This document shows, one piece after another, positions 48,892 to 59,894 of a stretch of 64,000 nucleotides of DNA. Position 1 is the first letter of the stretch; every line of letters begins with the position of its first letter. The notes under the pieces are model-generated. The model saw nothing but the letters and a program-made list of their open reading frames with translations, made no database searches and was not told where the DNA came from. Position numbers and translations under genes: made by a program. Source of the stretch: Eutreptiella sp. 'Long Island Sound 2002' (taxonomy: Eukaryota > Protista > Euglenida); assembly GCA_964036045.1 (NCBI GenBank), contig OZ038379.1, positions 10,664,001 to 10,728,000 of the forward strand, in the 5' to 3' direction.

Positions 48892-48989
48892 GGGATAATA
48901 TATGTTGTACTTTAGCTGCCACACAGAACTGCTCCATCTGACCGAGCACTTACGAGGCAAACGTGAATCTGGGCAAAAAAACAACAACA
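48892..48989 (+). mobile_element. 5'-truncated copy of the 12864 retroposon
   Basis: GGGATAATATATGTTGTACTT...CCGAGCACTTA...CTGGGC-poly(A) matches 12970-13064; imperfect ~26-bp flanking duplication TAAAC(A/G)CGACTCT(G/A)TGGAGCGAT. Confidence 0.65.
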
Positions 48990-49291
48990 TAAACGCGACT
49001 CTATGGAGCGATTCCTGTGTCAAGTCACCCCCAGTTTCTCTCCAGAGCTTGCCAGGCACTTGCAGGCCAGAAAGAAAACAGATGACGAGTTTTCTGATCC
49101 AGACGAACACTTCCACAGCTCATGCGTTTCATGTTCATGTGTGCAGCACCAATCATGTAGTATCTCATATGTACGATCTTTTTCTTTTGCCCGAGCACTT
49201 GTACAGGACAGGTCCGATTCCTGAGGGAAAACAGAGCAAGTGCAAAGGCCGATGTACAAATTTGATGTTTCGATGTTTTTCATTCGAGCTG

Positions 49292-50331
49292 TACTCTTCC
49301 TCGTCAGGGAGGTGCCTGCTGTGCGGTACGCGCAGTGCCCAGGTGCATCAGGGTGTGTGCGGTTGGTTGCATCCGTGACCCGTGTTGCATGTGGGTCCTG
49401 CAAGCCACCACGTCTCTCCGTCTCAAGTCCCGGGCTCATGCTCAGGACACTTGAAGTACACAGTGTACGTGGTGAGCGTGGGCATGGGTGGGCTCTGAGC
49501 CCAGACAGCTGTCCCTGTTGCGTTCAATGTGGCTGAGGACCACCGCCCCGGAGATGACCTGTTGTACCTCAGCTGCGCTCTACGGCCAAGGATCCAGCAT
49601 ACTTTGGTACTGATATCTTTTTCTTTCACCTCCGCGCACAGTGCACTCACATTTCAATGTGCACATGTCGGAAATGCAGTGTCATGCTATGCCTGTGGAT
49701 GGATCAGTCTGGCGCTGGACACTGGTATTGCTCGATGCGACAACCTAAAAAAAGCCAGGGGTGCTGCAATTCTGATTGCAAGCTGCTCAGCCATCCTCTA
49801 TGTTTTTGTTTGATCGGGGGCTCATGCCTTTCGAATTTCTTTTTGTGTATAGGCGCCGCTGGTGCATACACTGCAGGTGATCTGTCCCTGGCCTACATAG
49901 CTGTAGAGATGCTGAGTTTCTTGTCGATCTTTCCACGCAGTGGCCTCACGGCGTGACAGCTTAAGCTGTACTTGATTCTGCCTACCTTCTGAACAGGCAA
50001 GTGGCAATGCGCCCGCTGCTGCAGAGCCCTCATCACACTTTTGGGTGTGTGCATGCCATGTTGCGCGAAAAATGCTTTTCATTCCGGGGCATTTCCTGAG
50101 TGCTTTCATTCCTTTATAAAAACAGTTGAACAGTCAAAGATTTCGCAAGTCAGTCTCAAAAAAGATGAAGCATGCAATGGTCACTCAACATTGTCTTGTT
50201 GTTGCTCAAGCATTGGTGCTCGTGTTTGGGGAAAGGGGTGCTAGGTGGTAAAGTGGTAGTGCGCTGGGTGCGTGCCCGGCATCTTTTTTTTTCTTTTTAC
50301 CATTCCCCACCCATGCCTGTTTTTGCCCCCC
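49292..50331 (+). repeat. ~1.04-kb dispersed repeat, copy 2
   Basis: Same as above; ends 5 bp before repeat A1 of the YR element. Confidence 0.9.
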
Positions 50332-50485
50332 CCTCACAAAACCGAAGTTTTCCATAAAAACTGAGGTTTTGGGAGGGGGGGGGTACAGTGGCAGAGGCAG
50401 AGACTGAGGCTGACCACCCCCCCCCCCCCCTGTACTTTTCAGTTGATGCTTTTCTTCTGACTGTGCTTTCGGGGGGACTACAAGC

Positions 50486-51625
50486 ATGCCGGGGGGTACA
50501 TCGAATGGGTCATCGGACGCGGCTAGTGGGGAGAGCCGCGGGGCAAAGCGGGCCAGGCTGGCCTTCAACCAGGACGACATGGACCTGGACCCCGTCAAGA
50601 CCCCCGAGTACGCACGCTGGGAGCGGTGGCGAGATCACGCAGCGGCTACCGCGTACGGGTTCCTGGACAGCGCGGACGCCGGCATCATGGCTGCCCGGTA
50701 CCAGGAGCGGCTGATGGAGGATGGCCTGTCCGTGGCGGGCGTTGATCGGGCAGTGGAGTGGGCCGGCGGCGGGCTTGACGCCCCGACGGCCCTGATATAC
50801 ATGGCCCTCTTTGAGCGATCAACGGACCTGCGGCTCGACGTCGAGGTGGCTGCGTGGAAGGCGGTGCCGCAGCCCAGCCCGCCTGCCCGGGAGCAGGCAG
50901 AGGAGACGCCGCAAGACCAGCCGCGGGAGCCGCAGGAGTCCCCGGAGCAGGCGGAGATACGACGGCTGGAGGCTCGCATCCGGGAGCTCCAGCTACCTAA
51001 GGTACCACCCCTATCCGAGGGAGAGCTAGCCAAGATAGCCGCGGGGCAACTTCCCTGGCTCTGGCAGCAGGAGCTCGTCCAGGCCTTGAGCACCTGGCTC
51101 AAAACGGAAGACCCCGTTGGGAGGGGCAATGCGGTTGTGGAAACGCTGTGGAAGGTGGTCTACAGGGACTGCCAGCCTACGCCCACCCACCCTGCTGGGG
51201 CGGCGGCGCGGCCAGCGCCACAGGGATGGTACGCCCAAGCCCAGCAGCCTACGCCGAGTCAGACCCAGGCTCCGGCGCCGGCTCAGGCGCAGGCCCCGGC
51301 CCCTGCCCCCCCTGGGGCATGCTTCCGCTGTGGCTTGCACGGACACTGGGCCAGGGACTGTGCCAGTGGTACCCAGGGGCGGGTCCCCTCCGTCGCCGGT
51401 TCCGTCGCAGGCTCGTACCGGGGGGGGTTCAGTACCGTGGGTAGCCAGAGCCTGTACACAGCGCACAGCACGGGCCGCACCTATGACGCGACTGGACCCC
51501 CCCCGTACCCATGTTTTCGGTGTGGCCGCAACCACTGGGCCGTGGGCGGCCCGTGCCCGGCGCCGCCTGCCCAGGCCCCCCAGCCCTTTCCGGCCGGGCC
51601 GGCCCCAGCGCCGGCCAGCTGCTGA
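50486..51625 (+). CDS. gag: gag-like protein (379 aa) with zinc knuckles
   Basis: CFRCGLHGHWARDC (CX2CX4HX4C) and CFRCGRNHW...C; first ORF after repeat A1. Confidence 0.85.
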   Translation: MPGGTSNGSSDAASGESRGAKRARLAFNQDDMDLDPVKTPEYARWERWRDHAAATAYGFLDSADAGIMAARYQERLMEDGLSVAGVDRAVEWAGGGLDAPTALIYMALFERSTDLRLDVEVAAWKAVPQPSPPAREQAEETPQDQPREPQESPEQAEIRRLEARIRELQLPKVPPLSEGELAKIAAGQLPWLWQQELVQALSTWLKTEDPVGRGNAVVETLWKVVYRDCQPTPTHPAGAAARPAPQGWYAQAQQPTPSQTQAPAPAQAQAPAPAPPGACFRCGLHGHWARDCASGTQGRVPSVAGSVAGSYRGGFSTVGSQSLYTAHSTGRTYDATGPPPYPCFRCGRNHWAVGGPCPAPPAQAPQPFPAGPAPAPASC

Positions 51626-51749
51626 AGAACCTGGCGCCAGCGCCAGGGATGGGCCCGCCGGCGACGGGGGCGCCGATGACGAGGGGGGCGGGGCACTCAA
51701 CCTCCGATACGCGGGGTCGGCAGTGGACAGCTTATGGTGGGGCAACTAC

Positions 51750-52700
51750 ATGGAGGAGCCCCTCGCGCTGGCCATCCGGCGGTGGTCCCCTGGAACCGTG
51801 GAGCGGTGGACGGCAATCCTCAGGGATGTGGGCCGGTTCGCGGCGCACTGGCCCGAGCTGGACGCGGCGGGGGCACTGTCCCAGTACCTCGTCCGACGCG
51901 CCGCCATGGGCCAGCAGCCTGGGACGCTACGAGGCGTCATATCCGCCCTTCGCCTGGCGGAGAAGCTGGGATGCATACGACCCACGGTACGGCCCGTGCA
52001 CTGGCTCATGGCACGGGGTGCCGCCACCACCACTGCCGCGCCACGACCCACTCAAGTATGGGCCGAGCTGGTCACCCTCCGACTCATGGCGCGGAGCATC
52101 AGGACCACCCTCGACTGGTTCTGCCTGGGCCTTGCCGTCATCTCCTTCGCCACTCTCCTCAGGGTGGGTGAAGCAGCCAGCGTACGGCCCGTGGACTTGC
52201 GGAAGCGGTGCGTGCTGGGGTTCTCCGATGACAAGAAGGACGACGACTGGGTCACGGTACGGCTGGGAGCGTGGCCCGATGCATGGCGCGCGGCGATGGC
52301 AGCCCACCCGTGGGTGTCCAGCAGGCCCGCGTCAGTGTCGCTTATGGCTGCCGCGTTCGACCTCCAAGCGGCGATCCATGGCTTGCTGGCTGCCACGGGG
52401 TGGGAATCCATGGGGTGGCACGCGTGGAGACGCGGAGGAGCTGCGGCCATGCGGGCGTTCGGGGCCGCCATCGCCAGCATCGCGGTGGCTGGCCGATGGG
52501 ACAACGAGGCGGAGGCGCACAGGTATGCCAGCGCGCCCCCTGGATGGGAGTTCTTCCTGCCCGACAATGTGCCTTGGCCCACGCCGGGATTTGGGGTCGA
52601 GATCCGGCCGGTCCACGCGTACCAGCTCTGGGCGCTCGGCACGCTTGGGCCCCGTGGCCCCGACGGGACGGGCGCCGCCCCTGCCCCACCCGATGTCCGC
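51750..52700 (+). CDS. Tyrosine recombinase (3' end approximate)
   Basis: From MEEPLALAIRRW; catalytic-type motifs LLRVGEA, HAWRRGG, GRW, AHRY (R-H-R-W-Y). Confidence 0.9.
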
Positions 52701-53089
52701 GCTGGGAACCATGGCGGCCAAGGGACCGCCTGCGTGGCGATTCCGACATGCAGGAGACCATCGTACTGGGCTCCTCCAGTGACGAGTCGCCTGGCACGGT
52801 GGCACGCAGGGCCGCCAGGCACCCCCGCGAAGGCCAGCGCAAAGCCTACGTGCACCGAGCCGTGGCCCGCGGCCGGTCGGCACCCGCAGCGTGGGCAACG
52901 CGGGCTGAGCCCGCCCCGAAGCCCCGAGCCAAGCAGACCGCAGATGGAGCGGCCGACCGCCGAGCCGCAGCCCCCCGTTCCGCGGCTGTGCCCCGGGTCA
53001 CGCCGGCAAGGGCAAGCACCAGAGGCACCCAGGCACCCGGGGGGGCGCCGGCGAGACGGCGCAGCGGAGCGGCTGGGGATGCAGCTGGC

Positions 53090-54963
53090 GGCTGCCCGGT
53101 GCGCCAGGTGCGGCCTCGACTGGAACGACCACCTGGAGGCGGCGGCGCGCCACATGGGGCGCAGCCTGAGGGCCCCTGCTGACGATGTCCTGTCCCTCTT
53201 GCAGGCGTGGTGGGCGGAGTTCATCAAGTGGGCTGTGGATCGCCCCGCGTGGAAGGAGAGGGCAGCGGCCGCGGACCTGGCGCTGGCGGAGGAGGCACTG
53301 CACCTCCTGGCGGGGGGCGAAATCCCGCTCGATGGGGGCTCCTCGACCCGCCTGAACGACCAGTCGCGCGTCACTGTGGAGCTCGCGGCGCGTGGGCTGG
53401 GGGACGCGGGCCGCGTACACGTCCCGCCGCACGTCTGGAAGGACTGGGCTGACCCCGAGTTTGGCAGGGCGGGGGGGCGTGTCCATCCCCTCCCCCCTTC
53501 CTGCTGCCCACGGGTGGCAGCCCTCCTCTCCACCCTCGCGTCCCAGGGCCTGGTCAGCGTGGTGGGGGGGGATGCGAATGCGGAGGTGTTCGTCAAGTGG
53601 AAATCAGAGCGCAAATGCGCCCTGATTGTGAACATGAAGATGTTCAACCGGGGGTGCAAGTACAAGGCCCGCCCCTTCAAGCTGCCGTCGCTGGAGGGCC
53701 TGGCCATCCTTCTCAGGGACCTGGGGGGAAGGGTGGGTGGGGCAGGGGGGGGGGGGCTGTGGGGCACCAAGCTGGACATAGCGAACTGCTATTGGAGTGT
53801 GGAGCCCCCCCCCCCCCCTGGCGAACACCATCCGGGTAGCGGCCCAGGGGCACACATATGCTTTTCTGCGAGTGCCCTTTGGCTGGCACCAGGCGCCTGG
53901 GCTGGTCCAGGCCCTTATTTCCGACCTGCTGCGGGACCTGGGGAAGGGGGGGGTGGTGGTGGTACAGTACCTGGATGACGTACTCTTTGTCGGTCATGAT
54001 CCGGGGGAGGTGGCCACTGTCACCGACAGTGCGGCACGCCTCCTACGACAGGCGGGCTTCCTCATCAGTGAGAAGTCCGTCTTCACGCCGCAGCGCTCCT
54101 TGCGGTGGATGGGCAAGGATGTGGACCTGGCAGGGTGCAGGGTGGCGCCGGCGGCCTCGGCGGTGGCGGCGGTGGTGGCGGCGTGGGTGAAGCTGGCCCT
54201 CAGGCCATACACCTATGTCGCCCTGAGGCGGCTACTGGGGAAGATCGGGTGGTTGGGGCGCCCAGGGAACCTGGGGGGGTGCTTTCTGGCGGGTGCCCGG
54301 TCCTGGCTGCGCTGGGGCCCGCGCTGGGCCTGGCGCACACCGGCAGCAGTGGTGCGCGGTCTCTGCGAAGCCATAGCCCAGTGCTACCGGGGCTGGGAGC
54401 CGGACACTACCGGGGGGGGGCCGGCAGTGCGCGTGTTTGTGGACGCGGCCAGGTGTGCCCTTACCACGGGGACTGACCCCTCCTACTGCGTCGGCTCTTG
54501 GGGACCGGGGGGGGCGGATCTGTCGCTGTGCCCGGCGTGGGTGACCACCCAGCAGGCGGCTGAGCTGTGGGGGACGCTGGTGGCGCTGGACGATGCGCAG
54601 GCGCGACGAGCGCGGCGCCTGGTGCTCGTGGGGGACAACATGGGGGCGCTGGCCCAGCTCCTTTGGGGGAGGGCGGGGGCAGGCAAGGTCCAGCAGCAGC
54701 GCATCCTGCGGAGGATAGCCCACCGCCTCCGCTGGACGGGGCTGCAACTGACCCTCTGCTGGGTACAGTCCGCACTAAATCCAGCGGACTCCATCAGCCG
54801 AGCATGGGACGGGAGGGGGGGCAGGGCAGCAGTGATCGAGGCAGCGGCGAAAGAGCGCCTGTGGGTGAGCTCGCCGCAATGGGCAGCGTGGGGGGCTATT
54901 GCAGACCGCGACAAGGCGGTACGACCGTGCACGGTTCCCCTTCCTGTCTGGATGGGAGGATGA
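53090..54963 (+). CDS. Reverse transcriptase/RNase H (frameshift in the poly-C run near 53805-53818; 5' end approximate)
   Basis: VFVKWK..KCALIVNM, KLDIANCYW, then in the next frame YAFLRVPFGW, YLDD, RNase H VFVDA, QQAAE, VGDN, NPADSISR. Confidence 0.9.
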
Positions 54964-55520
54964 CAGTCAAAATTTTTATCCCAGGGGGCCTGCAAATACA
55001 GTAGCTGGTTGGAGAGTCGATGTCCAGTGCGCAGTGCAGAGGGGTGCAGGGCGGTGCAGGGCAGGGCGTGCACATGCCAAAACCGAAGTTTTCCATAAAA
55101 ACTGAGGTTTTGGGAGGGGGGGGGGTACAGTGGCAGAGGCAGAGACTGAGGCTGACCACCCCCCCCCCCCTGTACTTTTCAGTTGATGCTTTTCTTCTGA
55201 CTGTGCTTTCGGGGGGACTACTCGCCCGGGAGGTGAGGTACAATGCACTATGTGGCGCTATACGCGCGGCCAAAGGCCATCATCGTGCCCCCAGGGGGCC
55301 TGCAAATACAGTAGCTGGTTGGAGAGTCGATGTCCAGTGCGCAGTGCAGAGGGGTGCAGGGCAGTGCAGGGCGGTGCAGGGCAGGGCGTGCACATGCCAA
55401 AACAACCGGGCCAATTTTGGTTAACCTCTTGCGGCAGCTTTGTCCTATAATGTGCATGTGGTAGGCAATGATGCGTGTTTTTGCAACTGTGCTTGGTCTC
55501 ACATTTGTGAGGACTCCCTT

Positions 55521-56945
55521 GGGGGAGCCTTAAGCGCAATGCGCGCGCAGTGCAACTTTTTGGGCGTCTGGCCGTACTAGAGACCCATACTTTGAGATAC
55601 TAGGGGCCCCTAGGGGCATCATGGTGACCCGTAGCGGAGGTTTTGAGTTCTGATTTTGTCCCCCTTTGTTTGGGAATCCCCGAGAATGCAGGGGTGACGT
55701 AGCATTTCCGCCCTCTTTTGGGCCCCAACCTTCCGGTGCTATTGAGGAAAGCAACCCGATGAACCCCGAACATTCACCAAGGAGGAGGTGGCAAAAATGA
55801 ACAAACAAACGGAAGACAAGATCCTGGAGATGTTGCTCCATGTACATCAGAAAAGCACCGGAGCTCACCCTCTTGACCCCCAAAAAGATGGTGTTCAGTG
55901 GTGGATTAAGCGTTGTGGCGGAACTCGGCCCTTAAGGACGCAAATCGGTTATATGGGTGTTGATGCCTACTCTGCCGAGGAGTTTTGGCTAAAGTATGGG
56001 CATGATGATTTATTTCCACGCGAGCATTTGTTCCACTTCTTTTTCTTCCTCAAGCACACTCCACCTCATAGGTGTGATCATCTCCTCTCTGGAGCAACAG
56101 GGTGCTATGCGGAGGCTTGTGATGTGAAGGGAAGGTAGTTTGCAACTTTGGGAATGCCATGCACGCAGTGCGCACGCAGTGCGAAGTTTTGGATGTCGGC
56201 AAATGCTCGAACCCTAGTTTTGGCCCCTTTTCACAAGTTTTTGGTTCCGTACCAGGGTTTTTTTGGCTTTTCAAGCATTTAGGATGTGGCATATTTGAAT
56301 TGTCAACCATTTCCCCCTAGAAGAGGCCCATCGACAAAGTGTACACAGTCGACACGACCCGGATCTCGACGTCGTCATTGCCGACACTGCAGCGAGCCTC
56401 GTATCCGTAGAGGCGGTTCGATTCGCCCTGCAGAGTACTCTTCCCGACAGATAGTGCGTGCACCAAAACCTTGGTCGACTTCAAGGCGATTCTCGAACCG
56501 AGATGCTCAAGATCATCGATCGGTATGGCCACGTCCACAACTGCAAAGAAGTCAACGTGGTCATCGTCGCTCGAAGGCTCTCGATCGCCGATACTCGATG
56601 GTGGCGAGTCGACACCAAGACCGGACAGTTCTTCTTCGACGATGCTGTTGGTTATAACTACAACCAGAAGTATCGATGGACACTTGGCCAACCCTATGGT
56701 ATTGACACCTTTCAGTCTTCCCTCTAGTAAACAGGTGACAGGTATTCTTAGGTGAGTATCCTAGCCTCTGCGTGCGCAATATGCACGCAGTGCGCACGCA
56801 GTGCGAGATCTTGGCCTTTCTTGAGCTGGGGCAGTTTGGGTCACCTAATTCTAAGGGCGTTTCCAAGGGGTGTGCTTGGGGGCTCTTCGGGGGGAACATA
56901 GTCTAAAAGTAGCGCGCGGTGCGCGCGCGGTACAAAGATTCCCCC
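55521..56945 (+). mobile_element. PIF/Harbinger-like element with putative transposase N-terminal part and a nested insertion
   Basis: TSD CTT/CTT; left ~230 bp and right arm shared with 43047-43794; ORF 55788-56138 (WWIKRC...EEFWLKYG) resembles WWIDRC...EEFCMKYG at 11955. Confidence 0.82.
56150..56816 (+). mobile_element. Nested Harbinger-like cargo element, copy 1
   Basis: TSD TTT/TTT splitting the host element's GCAACTTT|CTTGAG; left end GGGAATGCCATGC as at 11771; GCACGCAGTGC arrays; cargo frame 56299-56727. Confidence 0.82.
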
Positions 56946-57014
56946 CTTGTCCCAGAAAAGGCACAATTCTGTAAATTTTGGAGGTGTCTTGTCCTGCCCT
57001 GCATGTCTTCTATT

Positions 57015-57703
57015 GGGAATGCCATGCACGCAGTGCGCACGCAGTGCGAAGTTTTGGATGTCGGCAAATGCTCGAACCCTAGTTTTGGCCCCTTTTCACA
57101 AGTTTTTGGTTCCGTACCAGGGTTTTTTTGGCTTTTCAAGCATTTAGGATGTGGCATATTTGAATTGTCAACCATTTCCCCCTAGAAGAGGCCCATCGAC
57201 AAAGTGTACACAGTCAACACGGCCCGGATCTCGACGTCGTCATTGCCGACACTGCAGCGAGCCTCGTATCCGTAGAGGCGGTCCAATTCGCCCTGCAAAG
57301 TACTCTTCCCGACAGATAGTACGTGCACCAAAACCTTGGTCGACTTCAAGGTGATTCTCGAACCGAGATGCTCAAGATCATCGACCGGTATGGCCACGTC
57401 CACAACTGCAGAGAAGTCAAAGTGGTCATCGTCGCTCGAAGGCTCTCGACCGCCGATACTCGATGGTGGCGAGTCGACACCAAGACCGGACAGTTCTTCT
57501 TCGACGATGCTGTTGGTTATAACTACAACCAGAAGTATCGATGGACACTTGGCCAACCCTATGGTATTGACACCTTTCAGTCTTCCCTCTAGTAAACAGG
57601 TGACAGGTATTCTTAGGTGAGTATCCTAGCCTCTGCGTGCGCAATATGCACGCAGTGCGCACGCAGTGCACACGCAGTGCGCACGCAGTGCAAACACTTA
57701 GCC
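57015..57703 (+). mobile_element. Harbinger-like cargo element, copy 2
   Basis: TSD ATT/ATT; near-identical to 56150-56816 but a different TSD, so a separate insertion; right end matches 12662. Confidence 0.85.
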
Positions 57704-58840
57704 ATTGAGCGGACGTGGTCACATTACACTCGGCCGAGAGCAAGACCATGGAAGCTAGGGGGGCGAGTGCCATTAGCAGTCATTGCCGCAGCCCCTCAAC
57801 GAGACCGCGGTCACCGGTGCTGAGGTGTTGGCCGGCGCATCGCCGACACGGGGACGCCCGCGCTTGGGGCAGCAGCCGGGGATGCCATCGCGGGACATGG
57901 ATGACAAGCCGTCTTGGTCTGAAGACGGCGAGGCCATGAACGAGAGGGGAGGCAACAAGGGAAGCAAGCTGCACATCGACCTTAGGGAGTGTGCGTTCTG
58001 TAGCAACTCCTCCAATGTGGGGAAATGTGCCACTTTTGCTATAGCCTGCATGAAGAGTGCCAGTTCCTGTGCATGCGGGCACTGGGCGAAGCCTGGCACC
58101 GTGGGGGACCGTTGGTGCAGTGCGGGGATGCGTGCTAACCGCACTCTGGGAGACGCATGCCGGAGGAGATGCCTCCTTTGGGGTGCGGTGGCATCGCCAA
58201 GGGGGCCCAGGGGGTGTATGTGGGGGCACCACAATGGGTACAAGGGTCGCCAAGGCCTCAAGGGGAGAGCAGGGTTCAATAGTGGCGTCCCAAAGGGTGA
58301 AGGAGTCAGCGGGGCTGTAGAGGGATGGATGGAGGGTGCCCGGACGAGAGCACGGGAGGGCACCCAGGGAAGTGACCTGAACCATTGGTGGGTCCTTCTC
58401 TGGCGCCGTGTATGTACATTAAGGGGAAGGCATACGGAGGTGGCATGCAGGCGAGGCTTGCTCCTGCCTCTACGAGAACCCTAGTATGCACAGTGTGCAG
58501 GACCTAAAATGGGCTGACCTGATTCTGTATTTTTGGAACAATGGAATTTGGTGGCGTTCCATTTTCTTCCATCCACTTCCATTGTCCAGTTCAAATTAGG
58601 TCCCAAAGTAACACGCTCATTACACCTGCTGAGCTTGGACAAGACCGTAGCTTGGCCCAAGGAGGGGTACCGACAAGGGCATTTTTTACAGGCACCCCGA
58701 GAAGACACAAGTGGCAAAAGCACCTTAATTGCCCAAGGATGGGCTCACAAAATATTCAAATGCACAATTCTAATCTTGCCCAAGGGTGGGTCCATTGACA
58801 GCCCACTGAGCCCCAGATCAGAGGAAAAAAAACCTTAGTA

Positions 58841-59359
58841 CCCTCCCCCCCCCTTGTCGTTCCCCACCCCTTGTCGTTCCCCGGGGGGGGTTGGGGGACC
58901 GTCACTTGGTCAACCCAAAATTTTTCGTTGCGGCTTATTGTGTTGTTGTTGGGTGACTGTGTTGTGGGGCACTACCACTTGCATACCTTGCACTCATGGC
59001 AGGCCATTTTGCTCACTTTCGCTGAAATGGAACTTGATAGCACAACCATGTTTCCCCCTGGGACAAGTGTGATGTTCATCCGCTCCACGGAGGAACCTGT
59101 TTTGGTGCAGGTCGTTGGACATTCAGAGCACGGTGATGCATATCGCCGCATCACTTATGACCATGATGGCAAGACCGTCTTGCACGACCGTGCGTCTGTT
59201 CGGCGCCTCTCACTGCCACGTGCTTCCTCTCCGCCCCGCCCTGCCCTGGGGGTTTGGTCCCCCAGGGGGGGGTGGGGGACCGTCACTTGGTGACCATCCC
59301 CCAGGGGGTGGTGGGGGACCGTCTTCCCTGGGGTGGGGAACGACAAGGGGGGGGGAGGG
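58841..59359 (+). mobile_element. TA-flanked MITE with ~30-bp TIRs carrying a small ORF (59027-59293)
   Basis: TA|CCCTCCCCCCCCCTTGTCGTTCCCCACCCC ... GGGGTGGGGAACGACAAGGGGGGGGGAGGG|TA. Confidence 0.85.
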
Positions 59360-59894
59360 TACCAATTTTGCTGCAACCACACAAGACAAGGGTTTGGGGT
59401 TAAATTGGTACGGACATTTGAATTGTTCTTGTTTGCCCAAGGGTGCTCACAAATGTTCATTTGAGGGGCCCTGGGCACTACTGCAAGCCTTTCTTGCACC
59501 ACTGCAACATTTCCCATTTCCATGTGCGCATGCTACAGCCTAGTCTAAGTTACAGTAGGCATAGGGACCGAATTAATATGGGTCTTTTTCGTAGATTGGA
59601 CAAAAGGGGGGGGCTAACATCAGGAGCCGTTGTTGTTTCTGTCATTTTCAGTGCTTTTACTGTTGTTCTTGCAAGGGGTACATATCATCATTACTATTGC
59701 ACTCTTGTACTGCAATGCACTGCACTGCGAATTGCCCTCAACCCTTGATGGCCTCCTGCAATCTTCAATCATCCACTCTCCGCCCAACACTATTCTTGTT
59801 GCCGCAGCATGGCAAACTGAGGCGCTGTTTGCTGTGTCTTGACCACCGCATCCATGTCGGGGTGGATTGGATGTGACCACATGATTTGGCCCAA

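Larger units (their letters stand above)
50337..55403 (+). mobile_element. Complete VIPER/TATE-like tyrosine-recombinase retrotransposon with split direct repeats (A1-gag-YR-RT/RH-B1-A2-spacer-B2)
   Basis: A1 50337-50481 = A2 55078-55221; B1 54980-55083 = B2 55290-55403 (B2 has one extra 10-bp unit); CAAAAC shared at left end, B1/A2 junction and right end; ORF order gag, YR, RT/RH. Confidence 0.92.

Noticed and set aside
52052-53779. Long minus-strand ORFs (575 aa and others) over the YR element
   Set aside because: Antisense shadows of very GC-rich coding sequence with no recognisable motifs.
51117-53978. 953-aa ORF as a genuine single YR-RT fusion protein starting at 51117
   Set aside because: The first ~210 codons overlap gag and look non-coding, and the YR tail motif lies in another frame; an indel explains the fusion more simply.
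50337-55403. Telomere-associated (TATE-style) insertion
   Set aside because: No TTAGGG/CCCTAA arrays flank the element or occur elsewhere in the window.
56452-56454. TAG shared by both cargo copies as evidence for stop-codon reassignment or readthrough
   Set aside because: The copies are near-identical, so the stop is probably inherited; TAG/TGA end other ORFs normally.
56150-57703. Simple tandem duplication or assembly duplication of the cargo unit
   Set aside because: The copies have different TSDs, different right ends and scattered substitutions.
57773-58484. GC-rich overlapping ORFs at 57.8-58.5 kb as a gene
   Set aside because: Open on both strands with no recognisable domain, splice signals or element ends; left unassigned.
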